A stretch of 64,000 nucleotides of DNA from Opitutia bacterium (GTDB lineage Bacteria; Verrucomicrobiota; Verrucomicrobiia; Opitutales; Opitutaceae). The translations under genes were made by a program, and so were the position numbers. The notes under the pieces were generated by a model. It worked only from the letters and a program-made list of their open reading frames with translations, did no database searches and was not told where the DNA came from. Where the stretch lies: NCBI GenBank assembly GCA_947478395.1, contig CANJVR010000001.1:512001-576000 (forward strand), in the 5' to 3' direction. Shown piece by piece: positions 9,279-19,071 of this stretch; position 1 is the stretch's first letter; each line of letters starts with the position of its first letter.

Positions 9279-12083
9279 ATGCAACCGAAACCCCGCCGCT
9301 TTCTTTCTCTCTCTTTCGTTGTGCTTGGTCTCGCCGCCTCGGGCGCCCGCGCCGCCTCCGATCCTGTCGTCCCCGTCGGCTGGCTCGGCGGAACGCCCGC
9401 GCCCCTTCCAACCGGCGTCAGCTTCGGCGTTCCATGGCCGCGCGGCACGATGCCGAAAACGCAAGCGTTCGCGCTGACGACCGCCGACGGGAAATCGCTC
9501 CCGGTTCAAACCTGGCCGCTCGCCTACTGGCCCGACGGCTCACTGAAGTGGAGCGGCATCGCCACCGTCGCCGGCCCGACCAACCCAGGTGATTTCAAGC
9601 TCACGCCCGTCGCCGGCAACGTGGCCCCGGCCGCCACTAATCTCGGCGCGATCAAAGTCGTCACGAGCGACAACGCCTACGAAATCGACTCCGGCCGCGC
9701 CAAAATCCGTATTCCCAAAACCGGCGATCGTTTCATCGAATCGATTATCGTCGATGGCCGCGAAGTCGCCCGCGATGCGCGCCTCGTCTGCATCCTCCAA
9801 AACGGGCCGGACGGCGACGTCGATGCGGTGATGCCACGCGAACGCTACACGACCCACGTCCAAAACGTAACGCTCGAGCAATCGGGGCCCGTGCGCGCCG
9901 TCGTTAAAATCGAGGGTCAGCACCGTGGCACAAAAAGTCAGCGCGCTTGGCTGCCGTTCGTCGTGCGACTCTACGTTTATGCCGGACAGGAATCGGTGCG
10001 GATGGTGCACTCGTTTGTCTACGACGGCGACCAGGAGAAAGATTTTATTCGCGGCCTCGGCGTTACCTTCGCCGTACCGATGCGCGAAGAAGTGCAAAAC
10101 CGCCACGTGCGTTTTTCCGGCGAAGGTCAGGGACTTTGGTCCGAGCCGATTCAACCGATGATCGGACGTGGCGGACGCTTCGTCGCCGATCCCGCCACGG
10201 GCGCCGACGTATATCCGACGCAAATCGACGGCCGGCGCGTGCCGAACAAAGCGCAGGTCGACCGACGCGGCCAAGGCTTTCTGAACGACTGGGCAGTGTG
10301 GGATGATTTCAAACTCATCCAGCCAAACGCCGATGGTTTCACCCTCGTCAAACGCACGAACCCCGCCAGCACGTGGCTCGCCGCCGGCTCGGGCAAACGG
10401 GCCTCCGGCTTGGTGTTTGTCGGCGACGTCAGCGGCGGACTCGGCGTGAGTTTGAAGAATTTCTGGCAATCCTATCCCGCCTCGCTCGAGGTGCAGAAAG
10501 CCAGTTCGCCCGCCGCGGAACTCACGGTGTGGCTCTGGTCGCCGGACGCACCCGCGATGGACATGCGCCACTACGATATTCGGGCGCACGGCCTCGAGGC
10601 CGTTTACGAAGATGTGCAACCGGGCTTCAGCACCGCAACCGGCGTGGCCCGCACCAGCGAGTTGACGATTTTCCCGACCGCCGCCGTTCCATCCAAGGAA
10701 GATACCGCAAAAATAGCCCAGATCGGCGCCGCGCCACCCTTGCTTCTCTGCACGCCGCAATATCTGCACGAGGCGCGCGCCTTCGGCGACTGGGGACTCG
10801 AGGATCGCTCGACGCCGGTAAAATCCGCGATCGAGCAACGCCTCGCCGCCACGCTTAATTTTTATCTCACGCAGCCCGGCCAGCACAATTGGTACGGTTT
10901 CTGGGATTTCGGCGACGTCATGCATTCGTACGACGATGAACGCCACACCTGGCGCTACGACCTCGGTGGCATGGCCTGGGACAACTCGGAACTCGGGACC
11001 GACATGTGGCTCTGGTACAGTTTCCTTCGCACCGGCCGCGCCGATGTGTTTCGCATGGCCGAGGCCATGACCCGTCACACCGGCGAAGTAGATTGTTATC
11101 ACCTCGGCCAATTCGCCGGCTTGGGCTCACGTCACAACGTGCGCCACTGGGGCTGCGGCGCGAAGGAAGCGCGCATCAGCCAGGCGGCCTATCGGCGCTT
11201 CTATTATTATCTCACCACGGACGAGCGCGTGGGCGACGTGATGCGTGAAATGCTCAACGCCGATTACAAGACCGTCGACTACGACCCGATGCGGTTAGCG
11301 CAGCCGATTACGGCAGCCGAAAAGAAAATCGCTCCAACGCGGGTGCGCCTCGGGCCGGACTGGTTTGCGTTTGTCGGCAACTGGATGACCGAATGGGAAC
11401 GCACCGGCGACACGAAGTGGCGCGATAAAATTATTGCCGGTGTGGAGAGCTTGAACGCGATGCCGCTCGGCCTCCGCAGCGGCAAGAATCTTGTCTACGG
11501 CTACGATCCCGCGACCGGAAAACTTTATCAGCTCAGCGCTGACGTCGGCACGTACAATCTGGCCACGATCATGGGCGGGGCGGAAGTCGTGTTTGAACTG
11601 AACATGATGCTCGACGATGCCCGCTGGAAAAAACTCTTCCTGCAATACTGCCGCCTCTACAGCGCCCCGAAGGACACGATCCTGCGCGACATGATCAGCG
11701 GCACCGAAGGTGCCGATGCTTCCTTCGTGCGCGACGGACGGCTCGCTTCCTACGTTTACCACGAGACCAAGAATGCCGCTTTCCTCCAAGCCGGCATCGA
11801 CGCGTTGGTGCAAACCGGCCGCGGTGAACGCGCGCGCCCGGTACGACGCGTCGAAGGCGTCGCAACGCTGGAGCCGGTCGACGAAGGCCCGGGCAACACC
11901 AATGGCGCGGCGCAAACCGGTTTGGAAACCATCGCGATGCTCGGCCTAGTCGGAGATCGTTTGCCCACAAATTTTCCGCCCGCGCCGGAAGCCGGCAACA
12001 CACCGGGACGCGGAGCACGGGGTCGCGGACGCGCCAGCCCGCCGCCGGCTGCGCCAATTCCGCCCCAGCCTGTCGCTCCATAA
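9279..12083 (+). CDS. Secreted YetA/PcRGLX-like exo-rhamnogalacturonan lyase (PL26-like)
   Basis: GVSFGVPWPRG, QTWPLAYWPDGSLKW, WYGFWDFGDVMH, AWDNSE, GSRHNVRHWGCGAKE. Confidence 0.75.
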   Translation: MQPKPRRFLSLSFVVLGLAASGARAASDPVVPVGWLGGTPAPLPTGVSFGVPWPRGTMPKTQAFALTTADGKSLPVQTWPLAYWPDGSLKWSGIATVAGPTNPGDFKLTPVAGNVAPAATNLGAIKVVTSDNAYEIDSGRAKIRIPKTGDRFIESIIVDGREVARDARLVCILQNGPDGDVDAVMPRERYTTHVQNVTLEQSGPVRAVVKIEGQHRGTKSQRAWLPFVVRLYVYAGQESVRMVHSFVYDGDQEKDFIRGLGVTFAVPMREEVQNRHVRFSGEGQGLWSEPIQPMIGRGGRFVADPATGADVYPTQIDGRRVPNKAQVDRRGQGFLNDWAVWDDFKLIQPNADGFTLVKRTNPASTWLAAGSGKRASGLVFVGDVSGGLGVSLKNFWQSYPASLEVQKASSPAAELTVWLWSPDAPAMDMRHYDIRAHGLEAVYEDVQPGFSTATGVARTSELTIFPTAAVPSKEDTAKIAQIGAAPPLLLCTPQYLHEARAFGDWGLEDRSTPVKSAIEQRLAATLNFYLTQPGQHNWYGFWDFGDVMHSYDDERHTWRYDLGGMAWDNSELGTDMWLWYSFLRTGRADVFRMAEAMTRHTGEVDCYHLGQFAGLGSRHNVRHWGCGAKEARISQAAYRRFYYYLTTDERVGDVMREMLNADYKTVDYDPMRLAQPITAAEKKIAPTRVRLGPDWFAFVGNWMTEWERTGDTKWRDKIIAGVESLNAMPLGLRSGKNLVYGYDPATGKLYQLSADVGTYNLATIMGGAEVVFELNMMLDDARWKKLFLQYCRLYSAPKDTILRDMISGTEGADASFVRDGRLASYVYHETKNAAFLQAGIDALVQTGRGERARPVRRVEGVATLEPVDEGPGNTNGAAQTGLETIAMLGLVGDRLPTNFPPAPEAGNTPGRGARGRGRASPPPAAPIPPQPVAP

Positions 12084-12086
12084 TAA

Positions 12087-12146
12087 GTAGCGGAACGCGT
12101 GAGCGTTTCGTAGGAGATACGCCCCAGCCTCACGGCTTCCGCTACG
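12087..12146. repeat. REP-like GTAG/CTAC palindrome
   Basis: gtagcggaacgcgtgag ... ctcacggcttccgctac. Confidence 0.55.
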
Positions 12147-12204
12147 CCCCAAACGTCCTTTTTAGACGCCCCACCCTAAAATCCAACCGCACCTCTTTTC
12201 AGCG

Positions 12205-15081
12205 ATGACCCTTAAACTCCCTTCACGCGCCGCGGCGCTCGTCATTTTTTTTGGTGGCGCCGCGGCTTTCGCCCAGCCCACGCCTCCACCCGAATTGCAA
12301 TGGCCTGCAGTCACCTCGGTCACCAAACCGTGGTCGCGCTGGTGGTGGCTTGGGAGTATCTCGACCGAAGCGGGCATGCGATCCGAGATGAAGAAATATG
12401 CGGACGCCGGGCTTGGCGGTCTTGAGATCACGCCGATCTACGGCGTTCGCGGCTACGAGCCACAGTTCATCAATTATCTTTCTTCGGCCTGGGTCGACCG
12501 GTTGAGCTTCGTCCTAAAAGAAGCGAAGACGCTCGACCTCGGCGTCGACATGTCCACCGGCACCGGCTGGCCGTTCGGCGGGACCTGGGTCGACGACGCA
12601 GACGCCGCAAAATATCTTGCCCACAAAAGTTTCACCGTCGCCGCCGGCCAGCGCCTCGCGGAACCCATCGCGCTCAAACAGGAGCAAATCCTGACTTTCG
12701 CCGGGCCCACCAAAGTTGAGATCACCGAGCTCAAACGCCCCCTGCGCACGAATCCCAATCTCCCCGAACTCGCGCTCAACCAAGTGCGTTTTCCGGACCT
12801 GTTGCCGTTGAAACTGCTGATGGCCTTTCCCGAAAAGGGCGGAGCGCCGGTCGATCTTACAAGCCGCGTGAACGGCAATGGCCAGCTCGACTGGACCGCG
12901 CCCGCCGACGCCGGCACGTGGACGCTCCATGGCGTTTTTACCGGCCTGCACGGCAAGATGGTCGAACGCGCCGGCCCCGGCTCCGAGGGCCCCGCGATCG
13001 ATCACTTCTCGCAAGAGGCCCTGCAAAAATACTTAAAGCATTTTGAGGACGCCTTCGTCGGGCACGACGTCAGCGGCCTGCGCGGCTACTTCAACGACTC
13101 CTACGAAGTCGACGACGCCAGCGGCGAGTCGAACTTCACCCCGCATTTCTTCGAGGAGTTTCAGCGCCGGCGCGGCTACGATCTGCGTTTGGAATTGCCC
13201 GCGCTCTTCGCCACCGATGGCGGCGAAAAATCCTCCCGCGTGACGAGCGACTACCGCGAAACGGTCTCCGACCTGCTGCTCGATGAGTTTACAGTTCCAT
13301 GGCGCAAATGGGCGGAAAGCCGCGGTGCGATCACGCGCAACCAGGCGCACGGTTCGCCGGCCAACATTCTTGATCTCTACGCCGCGAGTAGCATTCCCGA
13401 ACAGGAAGGCTCGGACATCATCGGCATGAAACTCGCGTCGTCGGCCGCGCACGTCACCGGCAAGCGGCTCGCGTCGGCCGAAGCCGCAACGTGGCTCAAC
13501 GAGCATTTCATCGGCACGCTCGGCGAAGTGAAACGCGTCGTGGACGCATTCTTTCTCGGGGGCATCAATCATAATTGCTACCACGGCACCGCCTATTCTC
13601 CGCCTGACGATCCGTGGCCCGGCTTCCACTTTTACGCCGCGGTCGAACTCAATCCCAGCAACTCGTATTGGGATCACTTTCACGCGTTGAACAGTTATGT
13701 GACGCGCGCCCAGTCGTTTCTCCAGTACGGCCAGCCCGACGAAGACGTGCTGCTCTATTACAACATCCACGACCGTTGGGCGGTTCGCGGGAATGGCGCG
13801 ATGCCGCATTTCAACGGACGCACGGCCGATGGCGGATCGTATCGCTCGGCCCAAGCCTTGATGGGCGCCGGCTACGGTTTTGATTTCGCAAGCGATCGCC
13901 TGCTCACCGGCGTGACGTTTACCAACGGCGCGCTACGCACGGGCGGAGTTTCGTACAAAGCTCTTGTGCTGCCTCCGACGCAGTTGATCCCGCTCGAAAC
14001 GATGAAGAAAGTTTTCGCCCTCGCCGAGCAAGGCGCGACGATCGTCATCGAAGGTGAACCGCCCGCGGACGTTCCGGGCTTCGGTCAGCTCGATGCACGG
14101 CGGGCGGAGTTTAAAAAATTACGCGCGACGTTCGAACAAATCCCCGCGGCGGAAAGAGCGGCCGGGATTGGGCAACTTATTTGGGGCAAGGGCCGTATTT
14201 TGGTCGGAGCGAATCTGCCCGCCCTGCTGGCGCGAGCCGGCATCGCGCGCGAAACGATGGTCGACCAGCATCTGGCTTTTGTCCGCCGTAGCGAAGGCAC
14301 CGGACACCACTACTTCATCATCAACCGCGGCGAAGCGGCATTCAACGGCTGGGTCACCATCGCGACGCCCGCAAAAGCGACGGCGGTTTTCGATCTGATG
14401 AGCGGCGCGAGCGGAGTCGGCGCCACCCGCACGAACGCCGACGGCAGCAGCGCGGTGTTTCTCCAACTCGCTCCCGGCGCTTCGTACGTAGTGCGCACAT
14501 TGTCCGCGGCGCCCAGCGCGCCTCGCTGGGCAAATTGGCAACCGCACGGCGAAGCCCACCCCCTGCAGGGCGAATGGAACGTCACCTTCATCAAGGGCGG
14601 GCCCACGTTGCCTCCAGCCTTCCGCACGACCGAACTCAAATCTTGGACGGAGCTGGGCGCCGATGAAACCAAGGCGTTTTCCGGGCAGGGACGGTACACC
14701 TTGAACTTCGCGCGTCCGAGCGGAGAAAATCCTGCGTGGGCGCTCGACTTGGGCGTGGTCGCAGAGAGCGCACAGGTCGTACTGAACGGCCACGCTCTCG
14801 GCACCCTGTTCACCCCGCCCTATCGCGTCACTGTGCCCCGTGCGTGGTTGCAGGAGCGCAACACGATCGAAATCACGGTGGCGAACGTGATGGCCAATCG
14901 CATTGCCGATATGGATCGCCGCGGCGTGCCGTGGAAAAAATTCTACGATACGAATATGCCAGCGCGTCGCCGGGAGAACGCCGGTGCGGACGGGCTTTTC
15001 AGCGCCGCCGCCTGGAAGCCCCGCCCGTCAGGCTTGCTTGGTCCTGTGACGCTAACCGCGCTCGACGAGCAAGCGCCGTAG
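12205..15081 (+). CDS. Alpha-L-rhamnosidase, GH106-like, secreted
   Basis: KPWSRWWWLGS, GLGGLEITPIYG, GTGWPFGG, FNDSYEV, RNQAHGSP, PSGLLGPVTL. Confidence 0.85.
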   Translation: MTLKLPSRAAALVIFFGGAAAFAQPTPPPELQWPAVTSVTKPWSRWWWLGSISTEAGMRSEMKKYADAGLGGLEITPIYGVRGYEPQFINYLSSAWVDRLSFVLKEAKTLDLGVDMSTGTGWPFGGTWVDDADAAKYLAHKSFTVAAGQRLAEPIALKQEQILTFAGPTKVEITELKRPLRTNPNLPELALNQVRFPDLLPLKLLMAFPEKGGAPVDLTSRVNGNGQLDWTAPADAGTWTLHGVFTGLHGKMVERAGPGSEGPAIDHFSQEALQKYLKHFEDAFVGHDVSGLRGYFNDSYEVDDASGESNFTPHFFEEFQRRRGYDLRLELPALFATDGGEKSSRVTSDYRETVSDLLLDEFTVPWRKWAESRGAITRNQAHGSPANILDLYAASSIPEQEGSDIIGMKLASSAAHVTGKRLASAEAATWLNEHFIGTLGEVKRVVDAFFLGGINHNCYHGTAYSPPDDPWPGFHFYAAVELNPSNSYWDHFHALNSYVTRAQSFLQYGQPDEDVLLYYNIHDRWAVRGNGAMPHFNGRTADGGSYRSAQALMGAGYGFDFASDRLLTGVTFTNGALRTGGVSYKALVLPPTQLIPLETMKKVFALAEQGATIVIEGEPPADVPGFGQLDARRAEFKKLRATFEQIPAAERAAGIGQLIWGKGRILVGANLPALLARAGIARETMVDQHLAFVRRSEGTGHHYFIINRGEAAFNGWVTIATPAKATAVFDLMSGASGVGATRTNADGSSAVFLQLAPGASYVVRTLSAAPSAPRWANWQPHGEAHPLQGEWNVTFIKGGPTLPPAFRTTELKSWTELGADETKAFSGQGRYTLNFARPSGENPAWALDLGVVAESAQVVLNGHALGTLFTPPYRVTVPRAWLQERNTIEITVANVMANRIADMDRRGVPWKKFYDTNMPARRRENAGADGLFSAAAWKPRPSGLLGPVTLTALDEQAP

Positions 15082-15469
15082 GGATTTTGAGCGCCGGCGC
15101 GAGCCAGCCCAAAAGAATCATGCCTGAATCAAGCAGAGGCATGATTCACCGATTTCACGGAGCCGAAACCCAGAGCGGCAGAGGATGCCCGCGTCTTTGG
15201 CTCCGCGAACGCTAGGTCCGAGCCCCGTACGCACTGTGGCGAAAAATTCCTCACGGAAAGCGTGCTCGGTGCGGACCAGCTCGCGCTCGGAAAGAACTCA
15301 AAAGCCTAGGTTTGGAATCCGTGGTCAGATTGAGCCCCGAAATTTAGAAATAATCCTTCGCTGGGCCGCGACTCGCTAAATTTTTCCGCTCTCTGGCCGT
15401 TGTTCTCGGCGGACTCGCGCAGGTGCTCACGACGTGGGCCGCGCAGGGACGGCGCGGCGGCTGGACGCC

Positions 15470-15638
15470 AGTTAAAGCGCCTCGAATTGAAAGCCGGCTT
15501 TTCCCCGGCGGCGGCATCCTCCCGGCTCTTACAGTTGCGGCGGATGCGGACGCCGTTGAGGTCGCCATCGACGCGAAACGATAAGACCGCCTTCCGGTAC
15601 TTAAACCGGCTGACCGCAAACCTAGGTTAGAGGAGCAT
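15470..15638 (-). pseudogene. Decayed 5' remnant of an integrase related to the one at 24029-25276
   Basis: Translates MLL*PRFAVSRFKYRKAVLSFRVDGDLNGVRIRRNCKSREDAAA, versus intact MPQSAFTVTRFLNRNGVTSWRVDGRLHGLRIRRNFKTREEAGA; in-frame stop at codon 4, similarity lost after ~45 codons. Confidence 0.85.
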
Positions 15639-15701
15639 GCTTAGGTTACCGCGCCAACTGGGCAACCTAGCTTCGGATCTTATCCCCTCGGCGGCGAAAA
15701 A

Positions 15702-15726
15702 TGGCGGAGAGGGAGGGATTCGAACC
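15702..15726 (-). repeat. att site: duplicated 3' end of tRNA-Ser (25 bp)
   Basis: tggcggagagggagggattcgaacc is identical to 25341-25365. Confidence 0.95.
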
Positions 15727-15892
15727 TGAATCTCCGCTGCCAGCTAAGTTCCGGATTAACGCGGACTTAGTTGATGGTTAGTGGTTTAGAACGTGAAGAG
15801 AGAAGCAGATAAATGCGGAAAAGTGAAGGCAAAAACAGCGGATTGGACAACCTTTTGGCAACCTGATCGGTGGCAATTTACGCGGCTGTTGG

Positions 15893-16312
15893 TCACGTGT
15901 TCGCGACGCGATACGTTGGCTTGAAAAAGCCCACTGCACCTTTGCATTCGCGGAAGGGCAAAGGGCGGGCGTCTTCCAATACCCACCCCCACGGGGAGGT
16001 GTCTTTCCAGACCGAGCCATGCCGCCGCACGCAGGCCGTGATCGTGGCGACGCCGACGATGCCGCCGATGTCGTGCTCAAGCGGGATTTTGCGCCCGGCC
16101 CACGCGTTCCACTGCGTCCAGTCTTCTTCGTCGATGGCGGGGAACGTGGACGAGGCGTGGATGAGCACGCGTTTGGGCAACGTGACGAGGCGATAGGAGC
16201 GGTTTTCGATGTCCTTGATGCCTTGGGCAATCAGCCACGCCCACGGCTGGCGCACACTGAGGGCCATCAGGGATTTTTTGTCGTCGTTCCAGGTCGCGGT
16301 GCGGGAGTTCAT
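15893..16312 (-). CDS. ASCH domain protein
   Basis: ALSVRQPWAWLIAQGIKDIENRS, VLIHAS, GGIVGVATITAC, GWVLEDARPLPF..KG. Confidence 0.9.
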   Translation of the reverse strand: MNSRTATWNDDKKSLMALSVRQPWAWLIAQGIKDIENRSYRLVTLPKRVLIHASSTFPAIDEEDWTQWNAWAGRKIPLEHDIGGIVGVATITACVRRHGSVWKDTSPWGWVLEDARPLPFRECKGAVGFFKPTYRVANT

Positions 16313-16404
16313 GAGTTGTTGGAGATGGTGCCGACTTCGATCATATGGTCGGATCCAACGATATGATCGTCCGCGCTAACGGTCGATGTGAAGCAGGCAT
16401 GGTT

Positions 16405-19071
16405 CTACACCTTCGCCGCCGAATCCGTCCAGGCGTAGCCGTTGACCGGAAGCCCCACCGCCGCGAAGTGCTTCTTGCCGCACGCGATTTTCTGCCGCTC
16501 GTCCGCGTCGAGTTCTTCCAAGCGGGTCGCTCCTTTGGTTTCGCGCACGAGATAAAGGCGCGGCGGCTCGCCGGGCACTTCCTTCACAATCGCCCAGTCC
16601 GGATTGTAGGTGCCGACCGGCGTCTCCACTTGGAACCACCAGGGCAACTTCACAAAAAGCTTCACGTCCTGCCGCGCTTCCAGATCTTGCGCGAATTTGC
16701 GCTCCACTTCGGAATCGCACTCCACGCCGTCGTATAAACCGGCGCGGGGCGTCGTTTGCACGCGCGCGAGGTAGGGCTCCAGCTCCTTGTCGCGGAACCA
16801 CATCATTTCCCACGCGGCATCCGTGCCGCCGAGGCGCTCGTATTGCACGCCTTCAACCAGCAGGGCGCGTTTCTTCATCTCGATTTCGGAGGCGGCGATT
16901 TCGATCAGCCGTTGGGGATTGATCGCTGCCTCGTGGAGTCGGCCGCTCTCGCGCAAGATGGCGGCGAGCGTGGTGCGGGTGAGTTCGGTGCGGCGTTGCA
17001 GCTCGGTGAGGAAATCCGGCAGCGCCACCGGTGCCGCCACGCGGCCCGCGTCGTAAGTGCTGTGCACTTCCTCCACGACACCGTCGCGCGTGGGCTGGAT
17101 GGCCGCGCTCGCCACCGTGATGCGCCCGGCCTCGATCGTCTCGGGCCGCGCCCGAATTGCCGCCGCCGCCTCGGTTATAAGGCGCGGCGTCGCGTAGGTG
17201 ACGGCGTAGCGGGTGCGGTGTTTGATGCGCTCCCACAGGGCGAGAAACTCCGGGTCGGCGTCCCAGCCTTTGCGCAGTTTTAGCTTTTTGCGCTTCCGGG
17301 CGTTGTTGATGAGTCGCGCGTTGAAACGCACCCCGGCGTCCTCGAACTCGGCTTGCAGGCCGCGCGCGAAATCCTCGAAGGCTTCGCTCGCGATGAGCGT
17401 GAGCCGGTTGAGCGCGGCGTCGTGGCAACGCGTGCCGTCCTCGCGCACCGGCAGGCGCAGGCCGCGGCCGATGGTCTGGCGGCGTTCGCGCTCGGTGCCC
17501 ATCTCGCGCAGGGAGCAAATTTGAAACACGTTGGGGTTGTCCCAGCCTTCGCGCAGCGCCGAGTGGCTGAAGATGAACCGCACCGGCTCCTCCGCCGAGA
17601 GCAGGCGCTCTTTGCCGCGCATGATGAGCGCGAAAGCCTCGTCGTCGGCCTGCGTGCTTTTCTCCTTCGAGTCCACCGCTTGGCCCGCGCGTTCGGCGAA
17701 GTAGCCTTTATGCACCTGTGCCACTGGCGGCAGCGCGAGCGTGGAAAACTCCGGCGACACGCGCAGCGCCTCGTATTCGGCCTCGAACCACACGCGCACC
17801 TTGCCCTCCGCTTCCGCGTAGTGGGCCACGCGGTCGAGGAAGAAGAGCGACAACACTTTCATGCGCTGGCCGGCCGGGAGCTTCGCGATGGCCAGTTCCT
17901 TTTCAAAATGCCGGCGAATGGTCTGCCGCACTTGCACGCGCTGGATCGCGTCGTCGAGCGCGCCGCTGCCTTCGCCGAGGCCGAGGGAAAACTGGCCGAG
18001 GTCGATACGTTCGCGCCCCGGTTGGGCGTCGATGCCACGCACGAGCAGGCCGGCGTAGAGGGCGCGGTTGGCCTTGGCGGCGAGGTCGTCGCCGTGCTTC
18101 ACCGTCACGTCCTTGCGCTCGATGCCCTTCGCCGTCTGCACGTCGAGTTCCAGCTTGGCGGTGATGCCGCGCGCGCCGGGGATCGCTTTCTTGAACCGCA
18201 CGTAGGGTCGGTTGAAATCCCCCTCTTCGCGCACGCTGTCCACCTCGATGGCTTTCACGAGGCGCAGCTCGAAGGCGCGCACCGGGTCGAGTTGGTAAAC
18301 CAGATTGTAGGCGTATTTGTGGGTGGCGGAGTAGCGCAGCGTGCAGAGCGGATCGAGGCTGGCGATGGCGGCGCGGGCGCCTTCGCTTTCCAGATTCTGC
18401 GGCTCATCAAGGACGACCACGGGACGCGCCGCTTGCAGGAACTCGATGGGGCGTTGGCCGCCGAGGCGGTCGTGCGGGTTGTTGAGGATGTTCGACGCCT
18501 TGTCGAAGGCCTGGATGTTGAGCACCAGAATCTGCAGGCCGGGGCTGGTGTGAAAATGCCGGAGGCGGGAGACCTGCGCCGAATCGTAAACCCACGCCTC
18601 CAGCGGCGCGTTGTCGTAGAGCGCGCGGAAGTGATCCCGCATGAGGTCGATGCTCGTCATCACGCCTTCGCGGATGGCCACGCTGGGCACGACGACGATG
18701 AACTTGCGCCAACCGTAGCGGGCGTGGAGTTCGAGGATGGTGCGCAGGTAAACGTAGGTTTTGCCCGTGCCGGTCTCCATCTCGACCGAGAAGTGCGACC
18801 CGGCCCACGGTGTCTCGGCCAGTTCGGCGCGAGCCGTGTCGGCATGGGTGGCGAAGGTGCGGGCCTGCACCGCGCGGAGGTTGGCCTCCAGCCGAGTGGT
18901 ATCGAGATCGAGCCGGTTGCCCGCGCCCAGCTCGGTGATGAGTTGATCAACCGCTGCCAGCGGCTGCGCCTCAAACGCCCCGCCCGCCGGGCGCTGGCCG
19001 TCGAAGAGCTCGACCACGGCGCGGATGGCGTCGGCTTGGAAGGCTTGCGAGGGGTCGAACTGGATTTTCAT
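16405..19071 (-). CDS. res: Type III restriction endonuclease (Res subunit)
   Basis: SVEMETGTGKTYVYLRTI, VVLDEPQ, LRYSATH, FIFSHSALREGWDNPNVFQIC, QTIGRGLRL, YNPDWA, VRETKG; start MKIQFD overlaps the rhuM stop (ATGA). Confidence 0.95.
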   Translation of the reverse strand: MKIQFDPSQAFQADAIRAVVELFDGQRPAGGAFEAQPLAAVDQLITELGAGNRLDLDTTRLEANLRAVQARTFATHADTARAELAETPWAGSHFSVEMETGTGKTYVYLRTILELHARYGWRKFIVVVPSVAIREGVMTSIDLMRDHFRALYDNAPLEAWVYDSAQVSRLRHFHTSPGLQILVLNIQAFDKASNILNNPHDRLGGQRPIEFLQAARPVVVLDEPQNLESEGARAAIASLDPLCTLRYSATHKYAYNLVYQLDPVRAFELRLVKAIEVDSVREEGDFNRPYVRFKKAIPGARGITAKLELDVQTAKGIERKDVTVKHGDDLAAKANRALYAGLLVRGIDAQPGRERIDLGQFSLGLGEGSGALDDAIQRVQVRQTIRRHFEKELAIAKLPAGQRMKVLSLFFLDRVAHYAEAEGKVRVWFEAEYEALRVSPEFSTLALPPVAQVHKGYFAERAGQAVDSKEKSTQADDEAFALIMRGKERLLSAEEPVRFIFSHSALREGWDNPNVFQICSLREMGTERERRQTIGRGLRLPVREDGTRCHDAALNRLTLIASEAFEDFARGLQAEFEDAGVRFNARLINNARKRKKLKLRKGWDADPEFLALWERIKHRTRYAVTYATPRLITEAAAAIRARPETIEAGRITVASAAIQPTRDGVVEEVHSTYDAGRVAAPVALPDFLTELQRRTELTRTTLAAILRESGRLHEAAINPQRLIEIAASEIEMKKRALLVEGVQYERLGGTDAAWEMMWFRDKELEPYLARVQTTPRAGLYDGVECDSEVERKFAQDLEARQDVKLFVKLPWWFQVETPVGTYNPDWAIVKEVPGEPPRLYLVRETKGATRLEELDADERQKIACGKKHFAAVGLPVNGYAWTDSAAKV

